A stretch of 64,000 nt of DNA from Phoronis australis (Eukaryota; Animalia; Phoronida): NCBI GenBank assembly GCA_002633005.1, contig NMRA01000374.1, forward strand, positions 1 through 64,000. Direction: 5' to 3'. The position numbers and the translations under genes are program-made. This document shows, piece after piece, positions 1 to 11,004 of this stretch; the stretch's first letter is position 1; each line of letters begins with the position of its first letter. The notes below the pieces were generated by a model. That model made no database searches. It saw only the letters and a program-made list of their open reading frames with translations, and was not told where the DNA came from.

Positions 1-83
1 ATGGTTAAAGAAATCAAGCATGATATCTACAGAAATGCCTAGCAGTTTGGCCATGGCCCAGAGCCTTCAAGGCCAAGCGAAAT

Positions 84-3000
84 ACGTACAACAGTCTGGA
101 ATGTACACGGATTAGGTTGCAAAACAGAGAAGAAAAGTATTGTTGGTTATTTATGTTCTTTTGATTTAGTTGGAGTTGCGGAAACTTGGACAACGAACGA
201 AAATCAATTTGATAACTTTTTGCCTGGGTACAAATGTTTCAGTAAAGTTAATTCAAAGAAGAAGAGGTTTGGTAGAAACTCTGGTGGAGTATGTGTGTTT
301 GTAAAAAATGTTTCGCTCGGTATGTAACTCGAGTGAAATGTGATTTCGATTTTGGTGTTTTTCTATTAATTGATAAGAGTCTATTGTGTACTGAAAAGGA
401 TGTATTATTCTGTTGTGTTTATTTGCCACCTGAGGGTGCGACAGTGTATGAAAATCAAATTGAAAAGAATGCTGTAGAAATCTTGAGAAGTGGTATTGAA
501 GATGCCTTTTTGAATGCCCACGATGATGTATCTCTTTTGGTTGCTGGCGATCTTAATGCTAGAATTGGCAAACTCTCCGATTATATTCAAGACGACTCAG
601 CAGAATTTTTGCCTTCAGGTGAATGGTACGACTCAGATGCCTTTAATTTTCCAAGGATTAGTAAAGATCATGCTATTAATTCATTTGGAAAATCACTGGT
701 GAGAATGTGTTGCGAGTTAAATGTCCATGCATGTAACGATAGATTTTCAGGTGATGACGTGTTTATCTAATAAAGGGTGTAGTGTAGTTGATTATGTACT
801 ATTGTCCGCTGAATTGTTTGATTTTGTATCAGATTTTAAAGTTGATTTATTGGATGTATCTGATCATCTTCCTCTTGTTTGTGTTTTTCACGGCTTCACT
901 CAGTCACAGTATCCCACTGTTCATAGCACAAATTATGTCGTCCGTGAATATGACAGAGTTAGATGGAAGGCTGAAAGATGTAGTCAGTTCATGTACAAGT
1001 TTGTCAGTGGGTTCCAAGTGTTCTCTAGTGATATAGCGAATCTTATTGAGAGCTGTCGGGTTGAAGACACAGTTCAGTTGTTAAATGAAATGTATAAATC
1101 AGCTGCCTGCGACATGATTGTACACTCCAATGCTGCGGTTAAATTTGTGAAAATCCAACCATCATGGTGGGATGAGGAGTTAGAGGTGCTGATTAGAGAG
1201 AGTAATTGTGCTTTGTCTGGTTTCCGACACTATAGTAATCAGGTTAATTTTAATAAGTAAAAGGAATTGCGACAAAAATTCAAAGTGACTTTTAAGTCAA
1301 AAGAAAAGTTATTTTAAGATGGACTGAGGAAAAATTTAATTGAAAATGTTAACAATCCCAGAGCGTTTTGGCAGCTAGTAAAATCATGCTCTAGGAAAAT
1401 GACGTCGGATACTTGTATTTCTGCTGATGAATGGTTTTGCCACTTTCACTCACTCTTAAACCAAGAAAATCCTGATAATGGACGTATGATTGGACAAATA
1501 GAAAGAAACTTGGCAAGTCATGATGTGTATTGTAATGACTGTATGGTATTTGACCCAAATCAATTGAATCATGATTTTAGCGAAAGTGAGATTTTTGTCG
1601 TTCTTCGAGACCTACCGAACGGTAAGGCTTCCGGTGTTGACGGACTCGTTTATGAACTCTTTAAGTCCACCAAAGATTATATAACACCTGTTTTGACTAA
1701 CATTTTTAATAGTGCTCTGCGTTCAGGGGAATTTCTTCAGTCCTGGTGTGACGCTATAATATGTCCATTGCATAAGCAAGGGGACGTCAATGACGTAAAT
1801 AATTATCGGAGTATTTCACTTCTGCCTGTTCTCGGGAAAATTTTTACGAAACTCCTAAACGCTCGTCTAACAAGTTGGGCCAACGATAATGACTTATTTA
1901 ACGAAGCTAAGGCTGGTTTTAGAAAGGGGTACAGTACAATAGACCAAATTTTTACCTTACAAGGAATTGTTCATAAGTACTTGAGTAAGGGCAGGGCCAG
2001 ATTTTATGCTATATACGTGGATTTTTCTCGGGCCTTTGACAGCATTTCACATAATTTTTTGTGGAATAGGCTTCAAAAAATAGGAATACTTGGTAGTGTT
2101 TTAAAATTGATGAAAAGTATGTATTCAACGCTAAGAGCGTGTGAAAGAACTGAGCGTGGGTTAACTGACTTTTTAGTAATAATATTGGTAGTCGCCAAGG
2201 GTGTATGCCTAGTCCTTTTTTATTTAGTATGTATTTGAACGAGTTTGTTGATTACTTAAGAGAATCTTTAATTAGCGGAATTTACGTAAATGAGAATGTG
2301 CCTCAAATTTGTATGTTGCTATACGCTGATGATATGGTTGGTTGTGCAGAGACAGCATTTAAACTACAGCAACAAATTAACGCTCTGCATGAATACTGTC
2401 AGGATTGGGGTATGAAAGTCAACCTTACAAAAACAAAAATAATGGTATTTAGAAAGGGCGGACCATTGAGAAAATACGAAAAATGGCATTTTGGAAATGA
2501 CAAAATTGATGTCGTCTCATCATATAAATACCTGGGTATTTGCCTTACACCTAAATTAGTCTGGACGCAAGCTACGGAAACTTTGTCTCACCAGGCACAG
2601 AAAGCAATTTTTTCAAATAAACGTTTTCAGTCAAAATGTGGACGACTTTCACCGAAAATTGCACTCGAGATTTTTGATAAAATGGTATACCCAATCATTA
2701 GCTATGGAAGTGAGATTTGGGGATTTAAAGAATACTCTACTATCGAGCGCGTCCAATTGAAATTCTGTAAGCAACTGCTGGGTGTTGGAAGTAACTGTCC
2801 TAATCATGCTGTCCTGGGAGAACTGGAAAGGCATCCAATTTATGTAAAGCTGTTTGTTAAACTGATCAAGTGTTGGTTTAAATTGTTAAAAATGCCAGCA
2901 CATCGAAATCCAAAATCTGTCTATGACAAGCTTGTCACATTGGATGAGGCTGGTAGGAAAAATTGGGCTTCACCTGTTAGGAATTTGCTGCAAAGGTATG

Positions 3001-3804
3001 GTTTTGGTTTGGTATGGTACAATCAGGGAGTTGGCTGCGAAGCATCGTTTNAACTGGGAAGGTATCCAATTTATGTAAAGCTGTTTGTTAAACTGATCAA
3101 GTATTGGTTTAAATTGTTAAAAATGCCCGCACATCGAAATCTATGACAAGCTTGTCACATTGGATGAGGCTGGTGGGAAAAATTGGGCTTCATCTGTTAG
3201 GAATTTGCTGCAAAGGTGTGGGTTTGGTTTGGTATGGTACAATCAGGGAGTTGGCTGCGAAGCATCGTTTCTTGTCATTTTTGAGCAGCGAATTAAAGAT
3301 TGTTTTTTACAAGACTGGAGCTTTGTTGTGGAGAATAGCTCAAAACTTAATACATATTTCTCATTTAAAATTGATTTTGAAATGAAATCCTATCTGTTGC
3401 GTGATATTCCATATATCTGTTTAGCAGTTATGGCTAAATTACGTTGCTCCAACCCCGACTTGATGATAGAGAAAGGTAGACATACTCTCGTGGACCAAAC
3501 ATACCGTGTGTGTTGTTTCTGTGTGTCCCTAATTGAAGATGAATACCATTTTATATGTGTTTGTAAAATGTACTGATCTCTCTGAATTGCATTTATACCT
3601 GAGTGGTGCTGGCGTGAACCAAATAAACATAAATTTGTAAAACTAATGAAAATGTCGGCGCCCATTGCTCAGATTAATATAATGAAATTTGTATTTCACT
3701 ACACTGCTCTCAGGGAAAAGCTGCTCAGCGATATCCTGTAAATTTTATGTAACATGTGGGCCAAGGCCTTAAATGTTGAAGTACATGAATTTGAATTTGA
3801 ATTT
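84..3804 (+). mobile_element. Degenerate non-LTR retrotransposon (LINE) ORF2: APE endonuclease, reverse transcriptase and C-terminal Cys/His motif; RTE-X-like by inference
   Basis: APE motifs (TVWNVHG at ~90, VAETW, CVYLPP, AGDLNARIG, SVVDYVL, SDHLPL). RT motifs (GKASGVDGL, NYRSISLLPVLGKIF, AGFRKGYSTID, VDFSRAFDSI, LLYADDM, YKYLG). C-terminal RVCCFC..EDEYHFICVC. Broken by several frameshifts and stops. Ends in a (GAATTT)3 tail at 3787-3804. Confidence 0.93.
2821..3270 (+). repeat. About 230-bp direct duplication flanking a single N at 3051; probable assembly artefact
   Basis: 2821-3050 is repeated at 3052-~3270 with a few substitutions and a small deletion, joined by one N. Confidence 0.8.
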
Positions 3805-4350
3805 GGGTCATTTGCATTGTGGCGTGAGCATCCTTTATCAAATATTTCTATGCAATGCGTTTAGCAAAGCAATATTTTATAATCGTGGACATCAATCACA
3901 TTGTGATTATTACAGATTTGCAAAAATCGTGAAACTGTTAATAAATTAGTCACCCAAAGCAGAAACCTGTCTGCATTTTAGTTGCGAACCCGGGTGCGTG
4001 CTACTGGCCCAAGTCGTATTCAAAACCCGCCACAACAGTTTTTTATGTTATCAATAGACGACGGTAATTTAACTTGACCGCCATTCCCACGGCTTCAGGG
4101 AGGACCTGTTGTAACAAATGGTATATGTATGTATCACGTATGACATGAAAGGTTAACAGGTATGTACGTTTTATTTTGTGGTGCCAACGGTATTTAAATT
4201 TACAAATGGCCTCAAGGAACATTATGTTTCAATCGAAGAAACTTCCGAGGCGTTAATAAACGACTCTTTTGCCTATGATTTTTCTCTCTCTGGCTCTCCA
4301 GCCAATAGAAGTGGGTAACCGTAGTGAAAGATAAAGCCCGTAGTCGTAGG

Positions 4351-4401
4351 CTGTTCATCTATTTACGAAAAAAAGAACCTGTTCATCTATTTACGAAAAA
4401 A
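4351..4401. repeat. Two-copy 28-bp tandem repeat
   Basis: ctgttcatctatttacgaaaaaa occurs twice with a 28-bp period. Confidence 0.8.
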
Positions 4402-5274
4402 TCCGGAGCTCTGACACCTTCAACACGAATTACTGTATCGATCTGATCGTCAAGTTGCATTTATTTTACAACCTATAAAATCCGGGACTTCGACATCAGC
4501 TTTTTAGTGCCAGCGAAGTCCGGCATATTGGTTACAAACAATTGCACATTCAGAAGCGCAATACAGCGTTAGTTTAATCAAAGGGTCAAAGATTGCTTTG
4601 GCTCTTACTGATTTTTCTTCTCAAAGAAATCCAGTCAAACAATAGCGGCCATTCTTATGGAAGTACCTACATGTAGCTGTACACATGGATCGCTCATGTG
4701 CCTTGGGTCGAGTATTTAGAAATCATACGAAACGGGACGAATCGACTACTGTGGCGTCCACTAATGGCATGACCACGGTCCTTATGGGGTCTTCATGAAA
4801 CTTGGTGTTCATTTCTATTGAGAAAAATATAACTGACGTGAATTTTTTATTGTTTTGTAGCTGTGCTTCATCGTCCGCGTCCCAATAAGTCAAAATGGTT
4901 GACGAATCATTTTTGGCAGGTGTGTTACTGTGAGAGAGACGGACAGTTTTCTCAGAAACTTAATGTACAATGACACACGAACAAAATTACATTATGAGGT
5001 GGTCGTTCCTGGGTATAAAACAAAAACCATCAAGACATTTTAAAATTAATTCAGTGAATATCAAGTAAATTGCATATGACCAGTCAAAAAAATTCTACAT
5101 TAAGAAATAAACAATGTGAAATAAAAAGAAGCAAAGAAGTCAATACAGGAATGAGATATACATGAAGAAATAAATAACTTGATTAAAAAACCGAAGAAAA
5201 TCATTGAACTTTGGAAGCACAGCACAATTTTAGTGTTTATTTTTAAATATAGGTCCCGATGGGAACGAATGTCT

Positions 5275-5308
5275 TATTTTGACGAGTATCAAAATACTCG
5301 TCAAAATA
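5275..5308. repeat. Perfect 15-bp hairpin with a 4-nt loop
   Basis: tattttgacgagtat-caaa-atactcgtcaaaata. Confidence 0.85.
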
Positions 5309-5498
5309 CGACGTGTAGGAATGAATTGCAAAAACAAAACAAATGAGACTTCTTTTGCATTTCGAGACATTCATGAACTTTTAAAAAACTCCTGGGAAGG
5401 CAAGACCCAAAAATAAAGCCATTTTGAACTTGAGATGTCACTTGTGTTATTGGTGAAAATTGAGTTCATTAACGGAGACTTGTATTGCAGGTGCTGCC

Positions 5499-7625
5499 AT
5501 GGCTTCCAAACACTTAGAAGACATCAGAGAAGGCTTATCGTGCTCCATTTGTTTTAACCTTTTCAACAGACCGAAGGCACTGCCGTGTTTGCACACATTT
5601 TGCGAGAAGTGCATCGGTGATCATGTAGCCAAGACGAAAAAAAGCGAAACCTTTCGATGTCCTCTCTGCAACCAAACCACTTCAGTTCCGGTTAATGGGG
5701 TAGCAGGCCTCAAAGACAACTTCTTCATCAATGGCCTGGTTGATTGTATTCCTGCGGAGGATGATGTGATGTGTGACCTTTGTGCTATAATGTCTCGAGA
5801 AAGTTTGGCTACTTTCAAATGTATTCAGTGCTTGGATAATCTGTGCTCTACGTGTGCTGGAGGACACACTAAGACGAGGCAAACTGTAAGTCACAGAGTT
5901 GTGAAGCTGGAGGAAGTGAAAGAGGGAAAATACTTCGAAGAGATGCGCTCTTGTCGAAAACAAATGTGCAAAGTTCATACGACCAAGGAGTTGGAAATGT
6001 TCTGTGAACATTGTGGTGTACCCATATGTGTTTTGTGCAAGGCGTTTGAACACGACAGTCACAAGGTCACGAATCCAGAAACCGCAGTTCTTCGTTTTGA
6101 TGACGATGTTCGTAAGTTGCTTGAGGACGTCTTGCCAATTTCAGAGTTTTTCGAGTCCTGCACGGCCAAGTTAAAGCAGCAAAGTTCCATGATAGAAAGT
6201 GAAACGAAAAGAGCTACCCAGTCAATTAAAGAACATTTTCACAAGGTTCGACAATCGATAGACAAAGAGGAAGAACAGCTTCTTAGTACTGTTGAGAAGA
6301 AAAGAAAAATGCTGTCGTATGATACCACTGAAAAACTTGCAGGAATCGAGCGAAACAGTAACAGATTGAAGTCGTCTATAGCTTACTCCCAGTACTTACA
6401 AGAGTCTGGGGACACCATCGAGAAATTGCAGCAACACAAAGACCTTTTAAAGCAACTAGGTCACTTCACGGAACGGAATTTCACATGTCTCTTCTATGAA
6501 AAACCGATTTATGCCTTGGACCCAGACATAGTTCCGGATAATTTTAAGTGCATGAGTTTGCAGTTCTCTGACATCACGAAACTGGAACTTCCAACAACGG
6601 GTCCTACAGAACAAGAGCCCTCTCCTGCAAGAAGACCTTCTAAACGAATTGGTGGAGACCCTGCAAAGCTTATTAAGATGAAGAGTGAGTTACAGTTGAA
6701 CTCAGTGCCAAATTGCTCAACACCACCGAGCACCTCTTCAACTAGTATTTTATCGAGTAAGCAACAATGGAGCAGCTGTTCTGATCTCTCAAAGAGAGTT
6801 GTTCAACACACATTCACCATATTGCAAAAGGCCAAATCTTTGGCCTCCTTTGACACAAAATTGAAGGGTGAGACTGACCAAACGTGTTGTGATCTTCAGT
6901 TTAACCGTCTCCGCAATTCGTACTTGATAGTTGACAGAGAAAATGGCAAAATGAAAGAATTTGACGAAAACGGTCGGTTTCGTCGATCCATTGGCAACTT
7001 GAATTACCCTATGGGTATAACATGCACCAAAAGCGGTCACATTTTGATCACCGATGATGGACCATGTATTGCAGTTTACAAGAGTAACCTGACGGAAGAG
7101 AGGACAATTAGGAAAGAACGGGGTTTCTTCGGAGGCATTGATTGCGATGATCAAAGAATCGTCACAGCCGGGGGATCTAGGCTTGTCCTAATGGAAATGA
7201 ATGGAGCTACAAAGGAGATTGCAGGCAATAGATCTCTCGGTTTGAAGTCATTCAGCCCATTTTATGTTGCCCTTGCACCAAATGGCAACATTATTTGCAC
7301 CGACGGCAGGGAGAAAAAATTGTATGTATTAGATCGAAATGGTGTCTCTGTCCTTCACTCATTCCAACAAAAACGTGACGTGTCACTTCAGTATCCCGCT
7401 GGAGTTGTTTGCGACGAATGGGGTCATATCCTTGTTCTCGATTGCCCTAGTTCCGGTCCTGGTCGTCTGCACATATTTTCTCCTTCTTGCGACCATCTCG
7501 GCATTTTACTTGTCAAAAAGGACAACGTTGTTTGTCCTAGAGGTATCACGATAAGTAAGCCAGGTCAATTGGCACTAGTGGAGTTTAGAGGACTTGTAAA
7601 GGTGTACCAGTACTTAGATTTGTGA
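5499..7625 (+). CDS. Tripartite-motif E3 ligase (RING, B-box1, B-box2, coiled coil, NHL-like beta-propeller); TRIM2/3-like architecture; single coding exon
   Basis: C3HC4 RING (CSICFNLF..LPCLHTFCEKC..CPLC). B-boxes CDLC..CIQC..CSTC..H and CKVH..FCEHC..CVLC..H..H. Helical coiled coil, then a Ser/Pro linker and NHL-type repeats (YPMGITCT, SPFYVALAPNGNIICTD, YPAGVVCDEWGHILVLD, PRGITI). A splice acceptor ttgcag ends at 5490, just before a Kozak-like GCCATGG. Confidence 0.92.
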   Translation: MASKHLEDIREGLSCSICFNLFNRPKALPCLHTFCEKCIGDHVAKTKKSETFRCPLCNQTTSVPVNGVAGLKDNFFINGLVDCIPAEDDVMCDLCAIMSRESLATFKCIQCLDNLCSTCAGGHTKTRQTVSHRVVKLEEVKEGKYFEEMRSCRKQMCKVHTTKELEMFCEHCGVPICVLCKAFEHDSHKVTNPETAVLRFDDDVRKLLEDVLPISEFFESCTAKLKQQSSMIESETKRATQSIKEHFHKVRQSIDKEEEQLLSTVEKKRKMLSYDTTEKLAGIERNSNRLKSSIAYSQYLQESGDTIEKLQQHKDLLKQLGHFTERNFTCLFYEKPIYALDPDIVPDNFKCMSLQFSDITKLELPTTGPTEQEPSPARRPSKRIGGDPAKLIKMKSELQLNSVPNCSTPPSTSSTSILSSKQQWSSCSDLSKRVVQHTFTILQKAKSLASFDTKLKGETDQTCCDLQFNRLRNSYLIVDRENGKMKEFDENGRFRRSIGNLNYPMGITCTKSGHILITDDGPCIAVYKSNLTEERTIRKERGFFGGIDCDDQRIVTAGGSRLVLMEMNGATKEIAGNRSLGLKSFSPFYVALAPNGNIICTDGREKKLYVLDRNGVSVLHSFQQKRDVSLQYPAGVVCDEWGHILVLDCPSSGPGRLHIFSPSCDHLGILLVKKDNVVCPRGITISKPGQLALVEFRGLVKVYQYLDL

Positions 7626-8313
7626 AGACATTGTTGAACTACATTACTTTTTAAATGTACAAATGCTTGGTGATTGAAAACTGCGTGTTGCGTCTTTTTT
7701 GCATTTAACAGCTGGTTTTGCCGTGTTAAAGGCCAAGTATGGTGCCAAAATGACTATTCTTACATCTAAAATACATTTATTGGTGAAAAACCGAAGGTGT
7801 GAACGCTGCGCGATTCCAATACGGACGGCTGTCGAGTGTGTTTCCCGTATTGGTGTAAACGACAATAGACCGTTTAATTTGGTGCAAAATACTTGGAAAC
7901 ATTACAGCACATATCAGCTTGATCTTTTCGAACAATGCAATTATATTTTTAAATTCATTGAAAATTTTAAAAATTTGATATTAGAAACTCAATTTTCAAA
8001 ATAAGTCGCCTTGAAATGCTGCAACCAGTAATCGCCGCCATTTTAACTCGGTCAAGCTAAAAAAAATTGAAAATTTAATAGCAACGCAACATTGTGCGTG
8101 TCTGTAATAAATTAAAACTTCGAAATAAAGTCTGTGGTGCATGAAAACATACCCAATCATAAGAATTTGCAATCAACTGAACGTTTTAAATTCAGTATCA
8201 GAATTCCTACAGGAACAAACCAAATCAGACAGAATATTCCAGGGCCGGATTCCCTATACTCTGCGCCGGAACAGTGACACGAAATGTCGAAGTGCACACT
8301 GCAGATTTTTTTG

Positions 8314-9130
8314 TAGCCAACCAGCTAGCCAGCCAGCTAGCTGTATGAAGTCTGTCGTCAAAATACAGCTAGGTGCCACTGCGTGTATTTCTTCCGTAGA
8401 CAGCGGAATTGCACACAGCCAAGGTAGTTCTGCTCGTCACCGCGCCATGAAACTTGTATCAACATGTAAAGCTAAAGACCGGACGGTGTGCATGCAAAAT
8501 CTGGGAGTCAACCGACACTCACCTTGCCCGTTACAGCCGTTTAAGTGAAAAACAATGCAATAATTTGTTGTGACGTGTACGCAACCTTGTGAAAGAACAA
8601 CAGTTGATTGAAGAATCGGCGAAAAAAAACTGGCCAATAGGTGACGCAAAATTTCATGGCGCCGAAAGCCGTCACTAAAGATCCTCCACAACTTTAGCAG
8701 CAGAATAACGGTAGAACGCCATTTTTGCCAACACCGTTAAATAATTAAATTTATTCAATGAAGGCTGTAGTTTTTAATGACACTAATTTTGTGTCAGATT
8801 TTATCTTACCACTTTTTTACCCGCATCGGAGCCAAGCTGTATATTTATATACAGCTTTGTACCAAGGCTACTTTATATAGAGCTTTGTACCAAGGCTACC
8901 AACCAGCTAGCTGTTTGAAGACTATCGCCATAATACAGCTACGTAACACTGTGACTTGAGCTCTGTTACCATAGAATATAGACTGTAGTGTACAACGAAA
9001 TTTCATACAGACCGGATATGGGTTGTGTTAGTCAACACGTCGTGAAACTTATATTGCAGAGCCAACAACCGACGGCCGGGGTGCATGCAAAATCTGGGAG
9101 ACAATTCGGACACTCACCTTGCCCGTTCAG
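8314..9130 (+). repeat. Dispersed repeat family copy (termini TAGCCAACCAGCTAG ... CAAGGCTA) followed head-to-tail by a partial second copy
   Basis: Homologous pieces lie in the opposite orientation at 13527-13690, 15320-15445 and 29384-29642. The second unit starts at ~8897. Confidence 0.75.
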
Positions 9131-9241
9131 TGCCAGTAACTATTATTAAACGACTTCTGATACTTTTAATTTGGCTGAAATGCACTACGATAACTTCTGC
9201 CATGAGGCGATGACGATTTGCTAGCCTCTGAATAACACTTT

Positions 9242-11004
9242 TTATCCCATATATGTGTGAATACGGCTATTAAATGCGGGAAAGTAGAGTATTCAATGAT
9301 AGAGGCCATATTCCTCCGTTGGTGTAGAGTCTTTTAGTAGAGTAAATTCGCGTGTACTACGGTTAATTTGATTAGGCTTGTTCATTTGGATTACCTATAA
9401 GATTTATGTAAGGAGTTGTTCCTGAAATAGCAATTTTTCTGGTTTACAAACCGTAAATTTTCCGCAACAATTTGCCGATGAATATTCCGACGCACCATGA
9501 CCTGACCGCTATTTTTGGGCTTCGCAACTTTTAACCTGGGTCATCATGAATAGGTCAATTGTCTACATAATCAGGCAAAAATCTTAGTCAAATTAAACGG
9601 AAGCGTTTTCGTCTATCTACACTGATTTACAGGAAACTGTAACCTAATATCGAGTATATATATTTTAATGACAATAATCCCTCTCTCGCTGTTATCTACT
9701 TTTCGATTTGGCACTATTCGACATGAAATTTGCTGAGTCTAGCTCCGATGAGGACGAAAAAAGACAAACAGGTATAGCCCAGCTGTGTTAGACGACGACG
9801 TTATAGATTTTTGAGTCTCTAAAGGAATGCTAACGCTGTCAAAAAACCAAGAGTAATGCGGCAACATTCCACAAATGTCTAAGAGGTAAGAAACAAAGAA
9901 ATGAATGGGAGATATTGCAGAAAAGAACCTTGACTCTCTCCTGGGAAGTTTCTGTCTGAAAGTACACGAATTGGATGGCAGCGAATACGAGCCAGACACA
10001 TTGACAAGCTTACAAAGATCACTCGACCGACATGGAACGGAAAAAACGTACCCCATAATTACTAATAGGCAATTTACCTCCCCCAACGAAGCCAAACAAA
10101 AGCAAATGAAAATGCTCGGTAAAGGATATTGACTAAGAGAGGCAGAAATGCTAGCCAATAAGGAGGAAAATATCCTAAAGGAGAAAGGGTGAATGAGAAC
10201 TGATCGAATCTGGTTAAACAAAACTGAGATGCTGGGATTTCATGGTTGCAATGAAAACAGAAAGTTGAGGCGGGATGATGTCATTCTTAAATCGTCTACA
10301 AACAACGGCGAATACCTAGAATTCAACGAAAGAGCAACAAAAAACAGAAGTTGGAACGGAAGTTGGACCATTCAATGCCACGGTTTTCGCCACAAAAATA
10401 CAGGTAAAACAATCCTTCGAAAATGATTTCACACGACGCAACACTTTATATCCATCACAACTGGGTCGCAACTGAGTCTGTGCTTTGTTTACCATGCAGT
10501 GACAGCCTGTCCATGTCAAAGCGCAGCACATCATAAAGAGCTTATTTTAAGGTCTACAAGGCGGCCACCTGACCAAACACAATTTTTAAATTTGTTTTCC
10601 TGTGCTGTGGTCAAGGGAGGAAACATTTCCACCATATTTTCAACTTTGGACCCAAAAAACTACGAAATTCATCGACGGAAGACACGCAGCTGGATGACAC
10701 TTCTTAGTTAACAAATGTTTCAAATTTTATGTTCCAGGATGAATTGTTTCTAAGTTTTCGATGAAGTTTTAATGTTCCTGAATTGTTCATTGTTTTAAGT
10801 TGTATGTTTCACAAACTGCATTTTTACCAATTTATTATGAACTACAGCTTTACTAGTTATTCAACATTATGACTCAATTGAAGAAATCCTGTCGCTTTAC
10901 ATATATAGCGTCATATAACGTGAAGCATAAGCAACCGGCAACAAGATACCGCACTGATGCAAGAGTGTTCCCATATATGTGAAAAAATGGTTATCCCACA
11001 TAGG
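9242..11004 (+). mobile_element. Crypton-like (tyrosine recombinase / DUF3504) DNA transposon relic
   Basis: Broken reading frames LDSLLGSFCLKV..DGSEYEPDTLTSLQRSLDRH, KQKQMKMLGKG, EENILKEKG, LGFHGCNENRKLRRDDV and GEYLEFNERATKNR resemble the DUF3504/Crypton recombinase family. A 13-bp direct repeat TCCCATATATGTG sits at 9245 and 10969. Confidence 0.8.

Noticed and set aside
5460-5498. ORF-track N-terminal extension of the TRIM protein (TTG start)
   Set aside because: It spans a splice acceptor ending at 5490. ATG 5499 has a good Kozak context.
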